Below are positions 10,601 through 20,495 of a DNA stretch of 64,000 bases, one piece after another. Source of the stretch: an uncultured Verrucomicrobiae bacterium (GTDB lineage Bacteria; Verrucomicrobiota; Verrucomicrobiia; Limisphaerales; Palsa-1400); contig CAVPOM010000003.1 of assembly GCA_963707025.1 (NCBI GenBank), forward strand, positions 291,750-355,749, in the 5' to 3' direction. A program made the position numbers and the translations under genes. Every line of letters begins with the position of its first letter. Within the stretch, counting starts at the first letter, position 1. The notes below the pieces were generated by a model. The model did not search any database. It worked only from the letters and a program-made list of their open reading frames with translations, and was not told where the DNA came from.

Positions 10601-10802
10601 GCGCTCGAACTGGCCGGTGATGTCGTTTTCAATCTGCTCCGGCGGCATGCCCGGAATAGAACGTGGCCACCACCACCACGGGAATTTTGATCGGGGGAAA
10701 CAAATCCACCGGCATGCGCATCAGGCTGGTCACGCCCACCACGCAGATGATCAGGCACAGCACGACGATGAAATAGGGATAGCGGATGGCAAAGCGGGAC
10801 AT
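7613..10802 (-). pseudogene. RND efflux permease (AcrB/CzcA family) broken by roughly a dozen frameshifts
   Basis: Collinear fragments MSRFAIRYP...MPVDLFP, IDNSVVVLENIFRH, GIVVSNSILIVEF, RLRPVLMTSLA in shifting frames; may be sequencing error. Confidence 0.88.
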
Positions 10803-10817
10803 AATGAGATGAGGGGT

Positions 10818-11522
10818 TCAGTATTTTGCCTGGGCCACCGCCGCCTTCAACTTTTCCAGGGAGAAGCCGGAGGAGCGGCAGAGTGAGATCAGCGTCTCCT
10901 CCACCGCCTCGATTTTCGCCGCCGCCTGCGGAATCTGGGCGGCGATCTCCAGGGGAATGGATTGGACGCCGTGAATGTCGCCGTGCAGCAGATCGCCGGT
11001 CTGAATCTTCAAGCCGCCGATCTCCACCGGCCCGCCGATTTCCACGATGTGGACATAGGCGTGCGAGACCGAAACGCTGCCGGCAAAGAGGGAAAAACCG
11101 AGGGCCTCCGCCTCCGGAATGTCGCGCACCGAACCGTTGGTGACGGCTCCAACGCAGCCCAGGGCGCGCAGGATGTTGACATGCACCGCGCCGAGCAAGG
11201 AGCCAAGCCCCGGGCGCGTGGCGCAGTCCTGCACCACCACCACGCGCGGCGCGGGGAGGGACAGGATGTACTCCCACCAGTCCGTGCGGTCGGGATAAGG
11301 CCCGTCGGCCGTCGGAGGCGACGAACCGCGAATCTGCACGGTGGCGGCGTAGCCGAGCATGGGCGGAAGGGACGGGAAAAGGCAATGCACCTCGCCGGTC
11401 ACGAAGCCTTCGTTGCGCAGGCGTTTATGGAAGGTTTCAATGGCGTTGGCCAGCAGACAGGCGTTGAGTTTGCGCAAGGCTTCCAATTGGTCTTCCGTCA
11501 ACACTGTTTTCATCGGTTTCAC
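10818..11522 (-). CDS. RraA/HMG-aldolase family protein
   Basis: GYAATV, LG..H..ILRALGCVGAVTNGSVRD and GDLLHGDIHGV motifs. Confidence 0.85.
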   Translation of the reverse strand: MKPMKTVLTEDQLEALRKLNACLLANAIETFHKRLRNEGFVTGEVHCLFPSLPPMLGYAATVQIRGSSPPTADGPYPDRTDWWEYILSLPAPRVVVVQDCATRPGLGSLLGAVHVNILRALGCVGAVTNGSVRDIPEAEALGFSLFAGSVSVSHAYVHIVEIGGPVEIGGLKIQTGDLLHGDIHGVQSIPLEIAAQIPQAAAKIEAVEETLISLCRSSGFSLEKLKAAVAQAKY

Positions 11523-11549
11523 ATTATCCTTTCCGCTTCACTTGGGCCG

Positions 11550-12740
11550 TCATTGCAGCACCGGCTCCTGCCAGGGTTTGGTCTCCACTTTTTCGCCGGC
11601 GCGGACCAAGGTGCGCCCGCCAATCATGACCAACTCCCCCTCGTTGAGGCCGGATGTGACTTCGCAGCGCGTGGGCGTTTCCAGTCCAATGGTGACGGTG
11701 CGGGTCTCAATTTCATGGCTGGCGTTGACCACATAAACGGTGTCGGTAACCCCAAGGGACACGGCTTGGATGGGAATGGAAAGGGCGTGCGGGCTCTCAT
11801 CCAATTTGAAGGCGGCGGCGGCGTACATGCCCGGCACCAATTCCAAGGTAGGATTGGGCACTTCGATTTCAGTGATCATCGTTCGGGTGTCGTGATTGAC
11901 CCTGCTGGTGAAACGTGAAACCTCGCCCGTGAAGAGTTTGTTGCCCAAGGATTGCACCCGCACCGCCACCTTGTCCCTCAAGTGAATGAATCTAACGTCG
12001 TCCACGGAGACGGGAAAATCCAGGCGGAGCCGGTAATTGTCCGACACGCGCACCAGCGGCCGGGCCTGGGTGTCCGAAGAGGTGCCGGCCTGAATGAGCG
12101 CGCCAGGGTCGGCATACCTCATGGTGACGACGCCATCAAAGGGCGCGATGATTTGCGTGTAGTCCACCAGCGTTCGATATTTCTCCACGTCCGCCTTGGC
12201 GGAGGCCAGGGCGGCGGCAGTGGCCATGTCCTTGGCTTCGGCGGTATCAATATCCTGCTGGGCGACGAGATTGGAATGCTCCACGTTGACCCCGTCCAGC
12301 CGGGTAAAGATCAGATGGGCATTGGTGTATTCGGCTTCGGTCCGCTGTTGCGCGGCCCTGGCTGCGTCCAGTTCGGCGTGTAATTCTGGAACCTCCAGCG
12401 AGGCCAATAGCTGCCCCTTCTTGACCTTGTCCCCAAAATCCACGTTCATGTTGGTCACATAACCGGAGACCTTGGCGTTCAATTCCACCTCGACGTACGG
12501 ACGGAATTCGGCGGCGATGGTCACTTCATTGTAAAGGTCTTCACGGTCCACCTTCGCCACTGCCACCAGGGGCGACAGGGTGTCCGGCGAATCGGATGTT
12601 GCTTGATGGTGTTTGCGCACATAAAGCCAAAGACCACCGATCATGATCCCCACCGCCAGCAGCGGCCAGATCAGGCCGAGCCGCCGGGGCGGGGCGGCGG
12701 ACGGCTGGGGGTCGGACGAGATAACAGTTTCTGATTCCAT
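11550..12740 (-). CDS. RND efflux periplasmic adaptor (MFP)
   Basis: N-terminal TM, AKVSGYV...VDFGDKVKKGQLLA, IIAPFDGVVT, LVPGMYA. Confidence 0.93.
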   Translation of the reverse strand: MESETVISSDPQPSAAPPRRLGLIWPLLAVGIMIGGLWLYVRKHHQATSDSPDTLSPLVAVAKVDREDLYNEVTIAAEFRPYVEVELNAKVSGYVTNMNVDFGDKVKKGQLLASLEVPELHAELDAARAAQQRTEAEYTNAHLIFTRLDGVNVEHSNLVAQQDIDTAEAKDMATAAALASAKADVEKYRTLVDYTQIIAPFDGVVTMRYADPGALIQAGTSSDTQARPLVRVSDNYRLRLDFPVSVDDVRFIHLRDKVAVRVQSLGNKLFTGEVSRFTSRVNHDTRTMITEIEVPNPTLELVPGMYAAAAFKLDESPHALSIPIQAVSLGVTDTVYVVNASHEIETRTVTIGLETPTRCEVTSGLNEGELVMIGGRTLVRAGEKVETKPWQEPVLQ

Positions 12741-12745
12741 AACAT

Positions 12746-14161
12746 TTATTTAGTGGCTGGGGATGAGAGGGGCAGTTCCACACGGAAGCAGCTTCCTTTC
12801 CCCTCCACGCTTTCCACTTCCACCTTGCCGCCATGCGCGGCGCAAATGGATTTGACGATGGCCAGGCCCAAGCCGGCTCCGCCCGCGTCGCGGGAGCGCG
12901 CTTTGTCCACGCGAAAAAAGCGCTCGAAAAGGTGCGGCAAAGCGCCGGCCGGAATGCCCATGCCCGTGTCCGCCACTTCCAGGACGGCCTTGCCGCCGCG
13001 GGCGTGAACATTGAGGCTGATGGAACCGCCTGCCGGGGTGTATTTGATGGCGTTGTCCAGGAGATTGACGACCACTTGTTTGATGCGGGACCGGTCGCCA
13101 TCCACGCTGACTTTGCCCTCCACATTGCAGGCCACGGCAACGCCTTTATCCTCTGCCAGCAAAGACATCTGCTCGGTCGTGCTGGCGGCCAGCGGGGCCA
13201 GGTCAAATCGTTCCCACGGTTGCTGCGACTCCCCGGCGTCGAGACGGGAAATGGCAAAAAGGGCGTCCACAATTTTCGCCAGACGATCCACCTCCTCCAA
13301 CACACTCCCCGCCCGGTCGCTCAATTCCGGCAAGGTTTGAGCTTGTGCGACCACACTTTCCATTTCGCCGCGCAACGCCGCCAGCGGCGTGCGCAACTCA
13401 TGCGAGGCGTCGGCGAGAAAGCGGCGGTTTTGTTCCAACGCCTCATTCAACCGGACGATCATGCGGTTCAGCGCCAGCGACAAGTGCTCCAGCTCATCTC
13501 CGGTCCGGGTCACCGGCAGTCGCTCCTCCAGATTATGCAGGGTGATTTGTTCGGCGCTCCGCGCCATTTGCACCACCGGCGCCAGGGCGCGGCCCACCAG
13601 AAAAAGGCCCCCGCCCACCGCCACCAGGCCCAAGAGGGGCACGCCGAGCAGGAGCGAGAACAGCAAATGCGACAAGATCGTGTCAATCGGCGCCATCGGC
13701 CCGCCACTCTCGATGAGGAACCGATGCCCGTCGCTGGATTGAAAATTCTTGACCGCCACCAACAGGCGGCCGCCGTCTTCCAGCAGCGCCTTTTGCACGA
13801 AGTCGCCATGAACCGCGTTGACCGCCAAGGGCCGCAATCCGGTTGGATCAAAACTCGCGGTCCGGCCCGAGGCGTAGAGGATGCTTCCGTCCTGGCGGGT
13901 AATGCGAATAAACCGGTCGTAGTTTTCCGGCGCATAGCGGGCGGTGATCTGATCGGCCACATAACGCGCCCCGGCGTCATCGGCGCCGTCCAGGAGGGAG
14001 AGAGCGATCTGATCGGAGCGACGGGTCAGCGTCTGGGCCAGGCTATGCTCCAAATAACCCCGCAGGACTTGGTACAAAGCGATGCCGAAGAGCAGGAACA
14101 CCCCGGTGAGCAAACCGGCGTACCACATGATGAGGCGAAAGCGAATGGAACGGGGATTCAT
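12746..14161 (-). CDS. Sensor histidine kinase (CusS/CzcS-like, HAMP-HisKA-HATPase)
   Basis: FLADASHELRTPL, NLLDNAIKYT, DTGMGI, GAGLGLAIV. Confidence 0.95.
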   Translation of the reverse strand: MNPRSIRFRLIMWYAGLLTGVFLLFGIALYQVLRGYLEHSLAQTLTRRSDQIALSLLDGADDAGARYVADQITARYAPENYDRFIRITRQDGSILYASGRTASFDPTGLRPLAVNAVHGDFVQKALLEDGGRLLVAVKNFQSSDGHRFLIESGGPMAPIDTILSHLLFSLLLGVPLLGLVAVGGGLFLVGRALAPVVQMARSAEQITLHNLEERLPVTRTGDELEHLSLALNRMIVRLNEALEQNRRFLADASHELRTPLAALRGEMESVVAQAQTLPELSDRAGSVLEEVDRLAKIVDALFAISRLDAGESQQPWERFDLAPLAASTTEQMSLLAEDKGVAVACNVEGKVSVDGDRSRIKQVVVNLLDNAIKYTPAGGSISLNVHARGGKAVLEVADTGMGIPAGALPHLFERFFRVDKARSRDAGGAGLGLAIVKSICAAHGGKVEVESVEGKGSCFRVELPLSSPATK

Positions 14162-14837
14162 GGCTCGGCCTCGTCGCTGATGGAGTAACCGACCCCCCGC
14201 ACGGTGCGGATCAGTTTTTTCGGATTCGGATCATCCACCTTGCTGCGCAAATGGCGCACATAGACATCCACGATGTTGGTCAAGCCTTGGAAACTTTCGT
14301 CCCAAACGTGTTCAATGATCATGGTGCGGGACAGGACTCTGCCGGCATTGGCGGCCAGATATTCCAGGAGGCTGTATTCCTTGGGGGTCAGCTCAACGCG
14401 TTTGCCGGCCCGTTTTGCCTGCTGCCTTTGGCGGTCAATTTCCAAATCACCCAGCCGCAGAATGCTGGACCGGTCCGGCGAGCCGCGGCGCAAGAGCGCC
14501 TTGACCCGAACCAGCAATTCATCAAAAGCGAAGGGTTTGGTCAGATAGTCATCGGCCCCCGCCTCGAAATTCTCCACCTTCTCCGCCGTGCCGGCGCGCG
14601 CCGTCAGCACCAAAACCGGCACCGTGGAGCCTGCCGCCGGATGCGTTTCAGAACCTCGTTCCCGCTCAGGCTGGGCAGCATCAGATCCAGCACCACCAGA
14701 TCGTAATGGCAGGTGCTGGCCATGTCCCAACCGGCCTGGCCGTCGTTGGCCACGTCCACGGCGAATCGTTGGTCCCGCAAACCTCGCGCCACAAACTCCG
14801 CCACCTTCCGCTCGTCTTCTATTACTAGAATTCTCAT
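14158..14837 (-). CDS. OmpR-family response regulator (CusR-like), one frameshift near 14625
   Basis: MRILVIEDE...LDLMLP in one frame; PVLVLTA...GADDYLTKPF...IRTVRGVGY in another. Confidence 0.9.
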
Positions 14838-15253
14838 TGCTTCCGGTCTATCAGACAGGATCAACATTAAAGTTCGGTGAAGGACACATTAAAATTCATT
14901 CAGAATTCCCATTTGCCTGGATCGGCCTCAGCTCCCCCCATCCCGCCCGCCAGGTCCGCGGATGGCAAATTGCGGATTTGAAGAGACCTGTCGCCGCCGT
15001 GCTCCATCCCCAATTCGCAACCGGCCACGTGCCTTGGGCGGGAAAACTGAACCATTCCGCATTGCCGTGCCAGGCCCTGCCGGCGGCGGGCCGGGCGGGG
15101 GACACGGTTTGGCAAAAGCGAGCTGCACAAATCCGATGTCCCTGTGAGCGCGCAATCATTGCCGGCGGGGAGGCCACGGGGTCGCGGGCCAGGCAAAGAT
15201 TATTTGCGTGGTCTCGATTTCGAGCCGCCGGATGCCCTGTGGAAAGGCCTTAA

Positions 15254-15742
15254 TCAGGCCCCCTTGGCCGCAGCCATTTTGGAGCAGGCTTCGTCCATCC
15301 GCTTCTTCATTTCTTGCGGCGGCACGTCCTCGATGTGGGTCATCAAGGTCCAAACATGGCCGAAGGGATCCACCAGGGTGCCCGCCCGCTCGCCATAGAA
15401 CTTGTTTTCGAGCGGTTGCTTGACGGTGGTGCCGGCAGCCACGGCGCGTTGGAAGGCCGCGTCAACGTCCGCCAGGTAAATCAGCAAAGAAACGGCCGTG
15501 CCATGGAGCGTCTGGGGGGACTGGCCGCAGCCCGGAAATTCGTCCGCCAGCATCAAGATGGAATTTCCGATGGTCACTTCCGCATGGCCGAGGGTCTTGC
15601 CATCAGGGCCGGGCATGTGGAATCGTTCCTTTGCGCCGAAGGCGCGTTTGTAAAAGTCAATGGCCTGGGCTGCGCCTTTGACCGTCAAATAAGGGGTCAA
15701 CGTATGGAATCCGTCCGGAATGGGTTTTACTTTGGCATTCAT
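15254..15742 (-). CDS. VOC/PhnB-like glyoxalase family protein
   Basis: IPDGFHTLTPYL, AIDFYKRAFGA, FYGERAGTLVDPFGHVW. Confidence 0.9.
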   Translation of the reverse strand: MNAKVKPIPDGFHTLTPYLTVKGAAQAIDFYKRAFGAKERFHMPGPDGKTLGHAEVTIGNSILMLADEFPGCGQSPQTLHGTAVSLLIYLADVDAAFQRAVAAGTTVKQPLENKFYGERAGTLVDPFGHVWTLMTHIEDVPPQEMKKRMDEACSKMAAAKGA

Positions 15743-15891
15743 AATCAACTGTTTTCTCTGCTGTTTTGACTGCACCACTAATCTTGACTCTCCGGCTCGA
15801 ACTGTCAAGTGGCGGCTGGGTGACAAGAAGCGGGAGCCGCCACCTTCATCACCCCTGCGCTGGCATGAACCGGCCCGGTTCCCGGCTTTTG

Positions 15892-16719
15892 CTAAAGGAG
15901 GTAGCCAGTGAACAGGCCGGCGAAAATCAGGGCCGCCAGGAGGATGCGATAGCAGCCGAAGGCGACAAAGGTGTGGGTCTGAACATAACGCAGGAACCAT
16001 TTCACGACGATGAATGAAACCACCGCCGCCACGATGGAGGCGATCCAAACCATCGTCCAGTTCTCCTGGACCTGCACAACCGGGTGGTGGAAGGCCTTGA
16101 AAATCTTGTAGCCGCCGGCCGCCATCATCGTCGGGATGCCGGCGAGGAATGAAAATTCCGTCGCCAAGGGGCGGTTCAAACCCAAAATCAGGGCGAGCAG
16201 TATGGTCGTGCCAGAGCGCGAGCTGCCCGGGAAGACAGCGGCGATCAGTTGTCCGATCCCCACCGCCGCCGCCACGGTCCAGGTGATGGAGGCGAGGGAG
16301 GAGCCGGGTTCCTTTTTTCTTTTTGACAGCCATCCTTCCACCAGGAGAAAGAGCACGCCGCCGATGAGCAGGGCGGAGGCCACGGGCTGGAGTGTCTCGG
16401 GAAGTTTGAAGTTGGTTTTTTCGAGGAGGAAGCCGCCCACGCCGGTGATGACAAAGGCGGCGGTGATTTTGATGAAATAACTCAACACGTCCGGGTCGCG
16501 CCAGCGAAAGATGAATTGATGGAACCGCTGGCGAAAGAGCGGAATGACCGCCAAAACCGCGCCGCATTGGATGACCACGTTGAACAGGTCGTGGTCGGTC
16601 TGTGGCGGCAAGGGAAACCAGTGTTCGGCAATGAGCAGGTGGCCGGTGGAGGAGACGGGAAGGAACTCGGTGATTCCCTCGACCACCCCGAGGACGACGG
16701 CGGTAAATGGGTCGGTCAT
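15892..16719 (-). CDS. uppP: Undecaprenyl-diphosphate phosphatase (BacA)
   Basis: LGVVEGITEFLPVSSTGHL and FPGSSRSGTTI motifs. Confidence 0.95.
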   Translation of the reverse strand: MTDPFTAVVLGVVEGITEFLPVSSTGHLLIAEHWFPLPPQTDHDLFNVVIQCGAVLAVIPLFRQRFHQFIFRWRDPDVLSYFIKITAAFVITGVGGFLLEKTNFKLPETLQPVASALLIGGVLFLLVEGWLSKRKKEPGSSLASITWTVAAAVGIGQLIAAVFPGSSRSGTTILLALILGLNRPLATEFSFLAGIPTMMAAGGYKIFKAFHHPVVQVQENWTMVWIASIVAAVVSFIVVKWFLRYVQTHTFVAFGCYRILLAALIFAGLFTGYLL

Positions 16720-16749
16720 GCTTTTTGGGGTGAAAGGCCGCGGGAGGGA

Positions 16750-17154
16750 TCAGCTTTTTTTCTTGAACATGGAGGTGATGAAATTCTGGCCTTCGACCTC
16801 CCGCTGCTTGACCTTGACCTGGCCGAGCAGCGCCTGGAATCCGACGTAGATTTTATGCCACTGGTTTTCCAAGGCGCGCAGGGCGCCCTCGTTGCTCTCG
16901 CTCAGATACCGCAGCGAGGGCGCGGCGGAGACAAAGGCGTAAATCTCTTCGCGCGACGGAGAGGTGAATTCAATGGCGGCGCTGATCAACTCCACCTCCT
17001 GCACCACGATGGCTTTGACTTCCAGAAACTGGTTTTCATCCTCGGCGGTGAATTTTTTGCCGCGGGCCAGGTTGATGAAGTTGTTGAGGATCTTCCAGCA
17101 CTCCACAAAGTGTTCCAGTTGGGTGACGAGCTGGTCCAATTTTTGATTTTTCAT
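16750..17154 (-). CDS. Hypothetical helical protein
   Basis: 134-aa ORF with host codon use; start overlaps the upstream stop. Confidence 0.8.
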   Translation of the reverse strand: MKNQKLDQLVTQLEHFVECWKILNNFINLARGKKFTAEDENQFLEVKAIVVQEVELISAAIEFTSPSREEIYAFVSAAPSLRYLSESNEGALRALENQWHKIYVGFQALLGQVKVKQREVEGQNFITSMFKKKS

Positions 17155-17483
17155 AACACAGATTTCACTAATTCGTCGGCAGGGCGCAGGGGCTGCCCCG
17201 CCGGCTTGGGCGAAAGAAAAATGATGGCCCCCCCGCGCATGGCACGGGCGGTAATGCGAAACGCCTCATAATGCACCCGCAATTCGGCAAAGGGCAGGCG
17301 GACGCCGGAGGCGCCTTTGAAAATGGTCAAAATCTGCCGGCCGATCTGCACGACCCAATCCTCCGGAACCCATTGGGGCATGGTCGAGCTGACCAGGTTC
17401 CCTTGCGCATCCACGGTGAACGCCCCGCTGGGAAGCCGGTGCAGGCCGGATTTGCCGGCGCCTGATTTTGTCAGGAAACCCAT
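17151..17483 (-). CDS. Hypothetical protein, possibly roadblock/profilin-like fold
   Basis: 110-aa ORF overlapping both neighbours; fold guessed from the hydrophobic pattern. Confidence 0.7.
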   Translation of the reverse strand: MGFLTKSGAGKSGLHRLPSGAFTVDAQGNLVSSTMPQWVPEDWVVQIGRQILTIFKGASGVRLPFAELRVHYEAFRITARAMRGGAIIFLSPKPAGQPLRPADELVKSVL

Positions 17484-18559
17484 TTGTCAAAAACGTGTTT
17501 CATGGTCTGTTCCACTTGTTCGGCGCTCAAGGCGGGCCGGAACCCGACACAGAGCAGCCCTTTTCGCTCGTGGGCATCCAAGGCCCAATGTTCCTGATAG
17601 CCGAAGCCAAGGGCGCCGACAAAGGCGCCCGCGCGCAGGCCTTCGCCCAATTGGGTCAGCCGGAGATGGGCGTCCCGCGCCCAATTGGCCACGTCCATGG
17701 AGTTTTCCAGGCTCCAGGAATCCACCGGCGCCCTGGCATCCAGCGGAATGGCCAGGACAAAGCCCACCCCTTCAAAGCGGCCCAGCGCGGCCAGACCGAT
17801 GGGGACGCCGCCGGTGGTTTGGCTGCCCGCCTCCGGCCCGGCGCCAGCGGCCGGCCCTTTGGATTCGTCCAGCGCTTGGGCCGTGTCGAGCAGCAGGCCC
17901 TGGGAGGAAATGTTGATGGTGCGGGCGCGGCTGGGATCGGCAGGAAGTATTTCAAAATTGCCGCTTTTCCATGACAAAATCTCCTTGAAGGCCTCCTCCC
18001 CGGTCAGGCTGGCGGTGGCCGCATCCATAATTTCACCGTTCTGAATCCAGATTTTGCCATGGAGACCGCCGCGCATGATGTTGAGGATGGAGGAACTGCG
18101 CGACAAACATTCCAACTGGATCAGGTCCACCAGGCTCTTGTTTTGCACCCCGCGGAAACCCTCCGCCATTTGGGTGGGGCGGTCGAGCATGGATTCGATG
18201 CAGTCCTGGAACAACTGAATATCCTCGGCGCTGTTCGGCTTCTGCCAGAACATCTCCACCCCCTGGGCGTAAGCCCGCGAGCGGTATTCCTCGTCGGGCA
18301 CGGCGGTGAGCACGACAATCCGCAAGAGCGGGAATTTTCGGCGCACGATGGCCAGGACCTGCAGCCCGTCCATCTTGGGCATGCGCAAATCGGTAATGAG
18401 CAGGGTGAACGGCTCTGAATCGAGCATGGCAATGGCCCGCGCGCCGGCATTGCAAACCTGCACCTCCGGATGGCTGGGAATTTGCTCGATCAAGGCCTGA
18501 TAAAGCTCCAGCATTTGCTCATCATCATCGAGCAAGAGAATTTTATTTTGCGCCGGCAT
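17471..18559 (-). CDS. Response regulator with REC and DUF4388 (PATAN-like) domains
   Basis: KILLLDDD, ITDLRMPKMDG; SLVDLIQLECL...GKIWIQNGEIMDA...GEEAFKEILSWKSGNF. Confidence 0.88.
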   Translation of the reverse strand: MPAQNKILLLDDDEQMLELYQALIEQIPSHPEVQVCNAGARAIAMLDSEPFTLLITDLRMPKMDGLQVLAIVRRKFPLLRIVVLTAVPDEEYRSRAYAQGVEMFWQKPNSAEDIQLFQDCIESMLDRPTQMAEGFRGVQNKSLVDLIQLECLSRSSSILNIMRGGLHGKIWIQNGEIMDAATASLTGEEAFKEILSWKSGNFEILPADPSRARTINISSQGLLLDTAQALDESKGPAAGAGPEAGSQTTGGVPIGLAALGRFEGVGFVLAIPLDARAPVDSWSLENSMDVANWARDAHLRLTQLGEGLRAGAFVGALGFGYQEHWALDAHERKGLLCVGFRPALSAEQVEQTMKHVFDKWVS

Positions 18560-18666
18560 AGTCTGGGGCGAACATAAACCCAACCCGGCCCCGCATGCAA
18601 GCCGGGTTAATGTCCCCAACTCACCCGCCACCGTGACCACCCCCGCCATTCATCATTTTGCGTTTA

Positions 18667-19323
18667 TCATGGCGCCCGGTCCATGGGTGCGCCGGTCCCG
18701 CGCCCCGCTCCAAGCGGCATCGCCCGATACGCCGCCCGCAAAGTCTGGATGCCTTTCTGATTGAAATCGCGTTCAAAGTCAGTCACCAGCGCGGCGAGCG
18801 CAGCCGGGGTGTCGGTCTCTTGAAAAAATGGGGCTGCGCCGAAGACCTCCCGCATTTGCGCGAAATAATCGGCGTCGTCGGTGCGCAGCCAGACCACGCC
18901 GCCGGGGACGAGCGCCTGCCGGGCGGATTTGGCAAAAGGCGGGTTGATCAGCCGGTGTTTGCGATGTTTGCGTTTGGGCCACGGATCGGGGAAGTAAACG
19001 TGAATGGCCTGGGCCGAGTTTTCCGGCAGGAGATACTGCAAAAAATACGCGGCCTCCATCCGCAGGCAGCGCAAATTGGCCAGGCCGGCCCGCCGCCCTT
19101 TGCGGTCCATTTTGCGCAGGCGGCCGAGCAGGCGTTCCACCCCGAGCAGGTTGATCTGCGGATGCCGCGCCGCGTAGTCCACCAGGAAGGTGCCGTCGCC
19201 GCTGCCCAATTCCACCTCCACCGGTTGAAGGCGCGGAAACAAACCGGGCAGGTCCAGCCTCTCCACAATGCCGGCAGGCTGGTGGATCAGGCTGGCTGGC
19301 GGCGGTGTCAGGGCTTGGGCCAT
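18667..19323 (-). CDS. trmB: tRNA (guanine-N7)-methyltransferase
   Basis: EVELGSGDG, YFPDPWPKRKHRKHRL, LRTD, TDFE. Confidence 0.95.
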   Translation of the reverse strand: MAQALTPPPASLIHQPAGIVERLDLPGLFPRLQPVEVELGSGDGTFLVDYAARHPQINLLGVERLLGRLRKMDRKGRRAGLANLRCLRMEAAYFLQYLLPENSAQAIHVYFPDPWPKRKHRKHRLINPPFAKSARQALVPGGVVWLRTDDADYFAQMREVFGAAPFFQETDTPAALAALVTDFERDFNQKGIQTLRAAYRAMPLGAGRGTGAPMDRAP

Positions 19324-19416
19324 GAGTTTTATGAGCGGTTGATCATCAAAACAATGACTTGTGCTATAGAGCGGGAATGGGTTAGAAACAATAGCGAAAG
19401 GGCTTTGCTCTCTGGA

Positions 19417-20397
19417 ATGAACAGAATGGTGTGCAAGTTAATTGATCGCTGGGTGATTCGTGCCGCCGCCTCCCGCCTGCCCCGGCCGACCGGAGCCGAC
19501 CCTCATTGGGAGCAAGCCCAGCGCCTCATGGAGTCCCCGGATTTTTTCGCGGAAAGGACGCCGCCGGCGGCGATTTCCTTCACCGGCGGGAAGAATTTCC
19601 AATTTCCTTCGCCGGTCGTCACGGCCTCCCCGGAAAACAACCTGGTGACGGGGCGCATCTCGCGTTGCGGCAAGCATTGGCGGAAGAGGCCGGCGGTGGT
19701 GCTCTTGCATGGCTGGAACGACCGCTGGGGTTATGGCTACCGCTTCCCCTGGCTGGCCCGGCGCTTTAACCGCCGCGGCATCAACTCGGTCATGTTTGAG
19801 TTGCCCTATCATTTCCAGCGCCGGCCGCGCCAGGGCGTGGTGCGCAATTTTATTTCCGAGGACCTCGGTCGGACGATGGAGGCGGCCCATCAGGCGCTGG
19901 CGGAAACCAACTCGGTGGTCAACTGGCTGTTGGAACAAGGCTGTCCGCGGGTGTCGTTGCTGGGCCTGTCGTTGGGGGCGTGGATGGCCGGATTGGTGGC
20001 CTGCCATAATTCCAGGATTGCCTGCGCCGTTTTAATCACGCCGGTTTCGCGCATGGATCGGATGATTGACGAGATGGCCTTCTGCCAGCCGATCCGGGAG
20101 GCGCTGCTAACGAAGCCGCTGGACTTGACCCGCTTGAATCTGGCCTTCCACAAACCCAAATTGACCCGCGGGTTTATTTTGGTGGTGGAGGCCGAGCACG
20201 ATGTCTTCGTGCCGGCGGATACCACCCAGGAACTTTGGCAGGCCTGGGGCAATCCTGAGCTTTGGAGCCTGCCCTACGGCCACATCACCGTGTTGGGTTC
20301 TTCCAGCCTGTTCAAGCGGGCCAGCAAGTGGATTAGCCAGCGCATGAGAATTCCCGATGCGGCTCAGGAAGGCATCCGCCCGGACTACACTGTGTAG
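19417..20397 (+). CDS. Alpha/beta hydrolase (ABHD18/DUF2048-like)
   Basis: VLLHGW, GLSLG nucleophile elbow, D (HDVFVP) and GH; start inferred. Confidence 0.82.
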   Translation: MNRMVCKLIDRWVIRAAASRLPRPTGADPHWEQAQRLMESPDFFAERTPPAAISFTGGKNFQFPSPVVTASPENNLVTGRISRCGKHWRKRPAVVLLHGWNDRWGYGYRFPWLARRFNRRGINSVMFELPYHFQRRPRQGVVRNFISEDLGRTMEAAHQALAETNSVVNWLLEQGCPRVSLLGLSLGAWMAGLVACHNSRIACAVLITPVSRMDRMIDEMAFCQPIREALLTKPLDLTRLNLAFHKPKLTRGFILVVEAEHDVFVPADTTQELWQAWGNPELWSLPYGHITVLGSSSLFKRASKWISQRMRIPDAAQEGIRPDYTV

Positions 20398-20495
20398 TCA
20401 ACGGGTCCAGGATGACCAACAGCGGTTTCTGCTCGTAATCCTAATCTTAATCTTAATCCTAATCTTATTCTTATTCTTGCCTTGGGGAAGGAGAT

